In this document: one piece after another, positions 59,633-64,000 of the stretch
How positions within the stretch are numbered: the first letter of the stretch is position 1
How the letters are laid out: the number at the start of each line of letters is the position of its first letter
Assembly: GCA_963820525.1 (NCBI GenBank)
Contig: CAWGAA010000002.1
Coordinates: 384,001-448,000, forward strand
Reading direction: 5' to 3'
DNA length: 64,000 nt
Origin: an uncultured Spirochaetota bacterium
GTDB lineage: Bacteria > Spirochaetota > Spirochaetia > SZUA-6 > Fen-1364
Notes under the pieces: model-generated
What the model saw: only the letters and a program-made list of their open reading frames with translations
Databases searched by the model: none
Told to the model about the DNA's origin: nothing
Translations under genes and position numbers: made by a program

Positions 59633-60213
59633 CTTTTCTCCCTCCCTCTGTCGATTCCATCGAGCAGGTCGATGAGCACCTTGGGGAACCAGGCATGCTC
59701 AAGCTCGTGGATGCGCCTCTCGATCTCATCGAGGCTTTCCGTCCCGTTCCTCGTGAAGGATTTCTGAAATATCAGGGGACCGGTATCGCAGCCTGTGTCG
59801 ATACGCATGATGGAGATCCCCAGCTCGGAGTCACCCGAACGGTAGCTTTCCTCGATTCCGTGCGCTCCGGGATACTTGGGAAGCAGGCTGGGGTGGAGGT
59901 TGACGATGTCTCCCTTGAAGCCCTGGAGGAAGAAGGGGGTGAGCAGGCGCATGAATCCCGCCAACGCCAGGAGGTCCACCTTGTGGCGGGCCAGGTGGAT
60001 GAGCATTTCCGCCTCGGTCGTCTCCCGTTTCTTGCCCGCGTAGGTGACAAGGTATGATGCGACGCCCATCTCGCTTGCGCGGTCCAGCGCGGGAGCGCCC
60101 TTCTTGTCGCAGAGGAGGAACTCCAGTGAATGATCGGGACGGTCCCTGAGAGCCTCGGCCACGGCGACGAAATTCGAGCCGCGCCCCGAAGCGAAGACCG
60201 CCAGCCTAGCCAT
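59629..60213 (-). CDS. purN: Phosphoribosylglycinamide formyltransferase
   Basis: SGRGSNF, LAGFMR, NLHPSLLP, DTGP. Confidence 0.96.
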   Translation of the reverse strand: MARLAVFASGRGSNFVAVAEALRDRPDHSLEFLLCDKKGAPALDRASEMGVASYLVTYAGKKRETTEAEMLIHLARHKVDLLALAGFMRLLTPFFLQGFKGDIVNLHPSLLPKYPGAHGIEESYRSGDSELGISIMRIDTGCDTGPLIFQKSFTRNGTESLDEIERRIHELEHAWFPKVLIDLLDGIDRGREKR

Positions 60214-61159
60214 TCTCCAGCACCCCGATGGGAAGGAGCGTGAAGCCCTTGCCCCGCGCGAAGTCCATCAAGGCCTGCTCCCTGCCCCGGCGGGCGATCA
60301 TGGCGATCCCGATTCCCAGGTTGAAGACCTTTCTCATCTCCTCGTCGCTCACCCCGCTTTCTTGGATCTTGTCGAAGATGGGGGGCACTTTCCAGTCGAA
60401 GCTGAAGTGGGGCGCGAGGGCGTCGGGGATGACGCGCTGGAGGTTCCCGGAGAGGCCTCCGCCCGTGATGTGGGCCGCGGCAAGCACGTCTGCGGTGGAG
60501 ATGAGGGCCTCCATCTCGCGCGCGTAGATGATTGTCGGGGTGAGCATTTCCTCCCAGGCGGCGCGGTCCGATTCCGGCACCGCCTTGCGCGCGAGGGAGA
60601 AACCGTTGGAGTGAATTCCCGAGGAGGGAAGCCCGAGGATGGGATCTCCCGAATGTATCTCCCCTTTCCTGGGAAGCACCCGGTCCTTCTCCGCCACGCC
60701 GACCGCGAACCCGGCCAGATCGAAGTCTTCGGGCCCGTACACGTCCGGCATCTCGGCTGTTTCCCCCCCGCCGAGCACGCATCCCGCCTGCTCGCAGCCC
60801 GTCACGATGCCGCGCATCAGGTCGTGCAGCCTGGCCTCATCGATCCTGCCGCAGGCGATGTAGTCGAGAAAGACGAGCGGCCTGGCGCCGCAGACGATGA
60901 GGTCGTTGACGCACATGGCCACCAGGTCGATTCCCACGGTGTCGTACCTGCCCAGCGAGCGGGCCACGAGGATCTTGGTTCCAACGCCGTCGGTTGTCGT
61001 CATGAGGACGGGCGAGCGGAGCCCCAGACCGCCGAGGTCGAGGGCGGATGAAAACCCGCCGATTCCCGAGTCGACCGCCTTCGACTTTATGCTCTTGATA
61101 AAGTCTACGAAGCGGTCCCCCTTATCGATGTCGACTCCGGATTCCCGATAGGTGCGCAT
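60206..61159 (-). CDS. purM: AIR synthase (phosphoribosylformylglycinamidine cyclo-ligase)
   Basis: DGVGTK, AMCVND, GGETAEMP, SSGIHSNG, HITGGG. Confidence 0.97.
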   Translation of the reverse strand: MRTYRESGVDIDKGDRFVDFIKSIKSKAVDSGIGGFSSALDLGGLGLRSPVLMTTTDGVGTKILVARSLGRYDTVGIDLVAMCVNDLIVCGARPLVFLDYIACGRIDEARLHDLMRGIVTGCEQAGCVLGGGETAEMPDVYGPEDFDLAGFAVGVAEKDRVLPRKGEIHSGDPILGLPSSGIHSNGFSLARKAVPESDRAAWEEMLTPTIIYAREMEALISTADVLAAAHITGGGLSGNLQRVIPDALAPHFSFDWKVPPIFDKIQESGVSDEEMRKVFNLGIGIAMIARRGREQALMDFARGKGFTLLPIGVLENG

Positions 61160-61220
61160 TCAAGCGGTGAGCCTCCTCGCTCTCTCGTACAGGGCGCCGG
61201 GCTTTTTGCCTAACGACATA

Positions 61221-62621
61221 TCAGAATTTCCTGCTCACCGGCGCGTCCCGCACGGGGACCGGATAATCGCCGCTGAAGCAGGCGTAGCAGAAATCGTCGG
61301 GGTTGGAGACGCAGGCGCGCAGGGACTCGATGGAGAGGAACTTCACGGAATCCGCGCCGATGAAGCGTGCGATCTCCTCGGGGCTCATGCGGTTCGAGAT
61401 CAGCTCTTCGCGGGTGGGGATGTCGATTCCGTAGAAACAGGGGAATCGGATGGGGGGGGAGGCGAGGCGCAGGTGAACTTCCCGCGCGCCCACGTCGCGC
61501 AGGAGCTTCACGATCTGCCTGCTGGTGGTGCCGCGCACAAGCGAATCGTCGATGACCACGACCCGCTTGCCCTCGATGGCCTGTTTCACGGGGTGCAGCT
61601 TCAGCCGCACGCCGAACTCCCGCATCGCCGTTGTGGGCTGGATGAATGTGCGGCCCATGTAGTGGTTTCGGGTCAGGCCTTGCTCCAGGGGGACTGCCGA
61701 CGCGGCGGCATAGCCGAGGGCGGCGGAGTTTCCCGAATCGGGAACGGGGATCACGACGTCCGCCCTCACGTCGTCGGCCCGCGCCAGCGCCTCCCCCATG
61801 CGCTTGCGCGCCATGTGAACGGAGTAGTCGAAGATCTCGGAGTCCGGTCGGGCAAAATAGATGAGCTCGAAGATGCAGTGGGCCAGCCATTTCGCGGCAA
61901 AGGGGAGCATCTCCGAGGAGACGCGCGTGCCCTGGACCCGTACCATCTCCCCCGGGGCGATCTCGCGGATCGACTCGGCCTGGAAAACGTTCAAGGCGCA
62001 CGTCTCCGAGGCGATGAGGACCATGCCGTCCTTTCGCCCCATCACCAGAGGCCGAAAACCGTGGGGGTCGCGCACCGCGACGAGCGTGTCGCCGTGCATC
62101 ATGAGGAAGCAGTACGCCCCCTCGATCCTGGCGAGGCATTCCCGCAGGGCGGCCGTGAAATCGGCCGCGCCCGATCTGGCGATCATGTGCAGAAGGAGCT
62201 CGGTATCCGTGGTGCTCTGGAATATCGAGCCTTCCGCGATGAGAGCGCTCTGCAGCTCCTCCGAGTTGGAGATGTTTCCGTTGTGAGCGAGGGCGATTTC
62301 TCCCTTGTTGCACGAGATGACGATGGGCTGGGCGTTTTCCAGCTTGTTGGTCCCGTGCGTGGAGTAGCGCACGTGCCCGATGCCCGCCGTCGAGGGATGG
62401 CTTTCGCTCAAGTAATGGGAGAGAGCGTTGGCCACCATGCCCACGCCGCGGTAGGAGACGGTCTTTCCGTTTCTTCTGTACGCGACGCCCGCGCTCTCCT
62501 GGCCGCGGTGCTGGAGGGAAAACAGGCCGTAGAAGAGGAGCTCGGGAACGTTGACCTCGCCGTCCGAGGAGATGCCGACGATCCCGCAGTGGTGCCTGAG
62601 GGATTCAGCGTGCTCTGTCAC
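61221..62621 (-). CDS. purF: Amidophosphoribosyltransferase (propeptide and Fe-S type)
   Basis: GTG start, 11-aa propeptide then CGIVG; QHRGQ, GHVRYST, DDSLVRGTT, CIFE/CFYG/CYAC. Confidence 0.96.
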   Translation of the reverse strand: MTEHAESLRHHCGIVGISSDGEVNVPELLFYGLFSLQHRGQESAGVAYRRNGKTVSYRGVGMVANALSHYLSESHPSTAGIGHVRYSTHGTNKLENAQPIVISCNKGEIALAHNGNISNSEELQSALIAEGSIFQSTTDTELLLHMIARSGAADFTAALRECLARIEGAYCFLMMHGDTLVAVRDPHGFRPLVMGRKDGMVLIASETCALNVFQAESIREIAPGEMVRVQGTRVSSEMLPFAAKWLAHCIFELIYFARPDSEIFDYSVHMARKRMGEALARADDVRADVVIPVPDSGNSAALGYAAASAVPLEQGLTRNHYMGRTFIQPTTAMREFGVRLKLHPVKQAIEGKRVVVIDDSLVRGTTSRQIVKLLRDVGAREVHLRLASPPIRFPCFYGIDIPTREELISNRMSPEEIARFIGADSVKFLSIESLRACVSNPDDFCYACFSGDYPVPVRDAPVSRKF

Positions 62622-62734
62622 GTACGTATGGAACACGAACGGAGGCCCAGAGTCAATGGGCCGCGAGCAGACCTGGTGGCGATCGGTGGCCGCGCCCGGT
62701 CCCGCCGCATGCGGGAAGAGCGGCCGCCCTTTGA

Positions 62735-62763
62735 TTGACCGCCCCTGCGGCCGATGGTAAGCT
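62735..62763 (+). promoter_or_regulatory. Promoter of rarA (TTGACC-N17-TAAGCT with extended -10 TG)
   Basis: ATG 62771 lies 7 nt after the -10 box; no SD. Confidence 0.6.
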
Positions 62764-62770
62764 TTTTTCG

Positions 62771-64000
62771 ATGGATTTGTTCGATTTTCATGAAGAGACC
62801 GGCCCGGCAAAACAAGGCCGGGATGAAGGCGCGAAGCCGCCGGGACGCGAGCCCCTTGCGGAGAGGATGCGGCCGCGGACCCTGGAGGAGTACATCGGGC
62901 AATCCCACCTCCTGGGCCCGGGCAGGACCCTCAGGCTCATACTCGATTCCGGCCACCTTCCCTCCCTCATCCTCTGGGGCCCGCCCGGGTGCGGAAAAAG
63001 CTCGCTCGCGCGGATCCTCGCCTCGCGATTCGGCTACGATTTCCACTACTTCTCGGCCGTGACCTCGGGGATCAGGGAGCTGAAGGACCTTTTCGCTCGG
63101 CTGGAGGCGGAGACCAGAGCCCGGAACCTCGTCTTCATCGACGAGATCCACCGTTTCAACAAGGCGCAGCAGGACGCGTTCCTCCCCTACGTGGAGAAGG
63201 GGGTCATCACCCTGGTCGGGACCACGACCTTGAACCCCTCCTTTTCGATCGTCTCCCCGCTTCTCTCCCGCTCGCGGGTTCTCATCCTCAATACGCTGGA
63301 GGAGGCGGAGATCCTCGAGGTGATGAGCCGCGCCCTGAAGGACGCACAGCGGGGCTACGGCGCTCTGGAGATTGAAAGCGAGGCGGGGGTTCTCGAGACG
63401 ATCGCCCGCTACTCCCAGGGAGACTGCCGGACGGCGCTGAACGTGCTGGAGCTTCTCGTGGAATCGAGCAGGGGCGCTCCGCCAGCCCACCCCGAAGCCG
63501 CCGCTCCCGCCGGCACCGAAGCCTCTGTTGAGGCCCACCCCGAAGCCGCCGGAGCTGCGAGCCCCGGCCCCGGGGGCGCCCGTGAGACCGGCCCGGCGGT
63601 CCCCATCCTTCTCACTCGGGAGAAGCTCGAGGCTGTCTTTCAGGGACGCCTCCCCGATTACGACCGGGATGGGGAGGGCCACTACAACCTGATATCGGCC
63701 CTTCACAAGAGCATAAGGGGCTCGGATGCCGACGCGTCCCTGTACTGGCTTGCGCGGATGCTGGAAGGAGGGGAGGACCCGCTGTATATCGCGCGTCGGC
63801 TGATGAGGGTGGCAAGCGAGGACGTCGGGCTTGCCGACCCCCAGGCGCTGGTCGTCGCCCACAGCGCCCAGGAGGCGGTTCATTTCCTCGGCATGCCCGA
63901 GGGCGACCTGGCCCTGGCCGAGGCGGTCGTGTACCTGGCCACGGCGCCGAAGAGCAACGAGCTGTATACGGCATATTCCAAGGCCAAGGAAGACGCCCAT
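62771..64000 (+). CDS. rarA: Replication-associated recombination protein A (RarA/MgsA), runs off the window end; absent from the ORF track
   Basis: Manual translation: MDLF...PLAERMRPRTLEEYIGQ...WGPPGCGKS...FIDEIHRFNKAQQD...SALHKSIRGSD...ASEDVGLADP...APKSN. Confidence 0.95.
   Translation, partial: MDLFDFHEETGPAKQGRDEGAKPPGREPLAERMRPRTLEEYIGQSHLLGPGRTLRLILDSGHLPSLILWGPPGCGKSSLARILASRFGYDFHYFSAVTSGIRELKDLFARLEAETRARNLVFIDEIHRFNKAQQDAFLPYVEKGVITLVGTTTLNPSFSIVSPLLSRSRVLILNTLEEAEILEVMSRALKDAQRGYGALEIESEAGVLETIARYSQGDCRTALNVLELLVESSRGAPPAHPEAAAPAGTEASVEAHPEAAGAASPGPGGARETGPAVPILLTREKLEAVFQGRLPDYDRDGEGHYNLISALHKSIRGSDADASLYWLARMLEGGEDPLYIARRLMRVASEDVGLADPQALVVAHSAQEAVHFLGMPEGDLALAEAVVYLATAPKSNELYTAYSKAKEDAH

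Noticed and set aside
62618..64000. 460-aa minus-strand ORF
   Set aside because: Shadow of rarA, which has clear motifs on the plus strand.

Overview
High-GC chromosomal window, almost certainly from a Spirochaetota bacterium (class Spirochaetia). The inference rests on the EF-Tu motif [11 protein letters not shown], the secY-rpmJ-rpsM order without adk/map/infA, a SpiroCoCo-type giant coiled-coil gene, and an rplQ-rny-ymdB-tlyA-der-coiled-coil-grpE/dnaK/dnaJ neighbourhood. Bases 0.4-19.0 kb hold the str-S10-spc-alpha ribosomal supercluster; many of its proteins have low-complexity extensions and rplN carries a +1 frameshift. Bases 19-44 kb hold a Cache-like membrane protein with acidic repeats, rny, ymdB, tlyA, a GerMN protein, ptsI, der, a MerR-UDP-sugar pyrophosphorylase fusion, an NlpC/P60-like secreted protein, a TPR (frameshifted)/beta-barrel/TonB-like operon and an 1866-aa coiled coil. 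Bases 44-64 kb hold a DUF362-ferredoxin gene with an in-frame palindromic repeat insertion, pgi, grpE-dnaK-dnaJ, an orphan histidine kinase, a lipoprotein/OMP pair, a buk/HAMP-protein/two-orphan-methyltransferase run, rlmB, purFMNDE and a truncated rarA. I recognised no rRNA, tRNA, CRISPR array, transposase or phage gene. All calls come from reading motifs by eye; no database searches were run.
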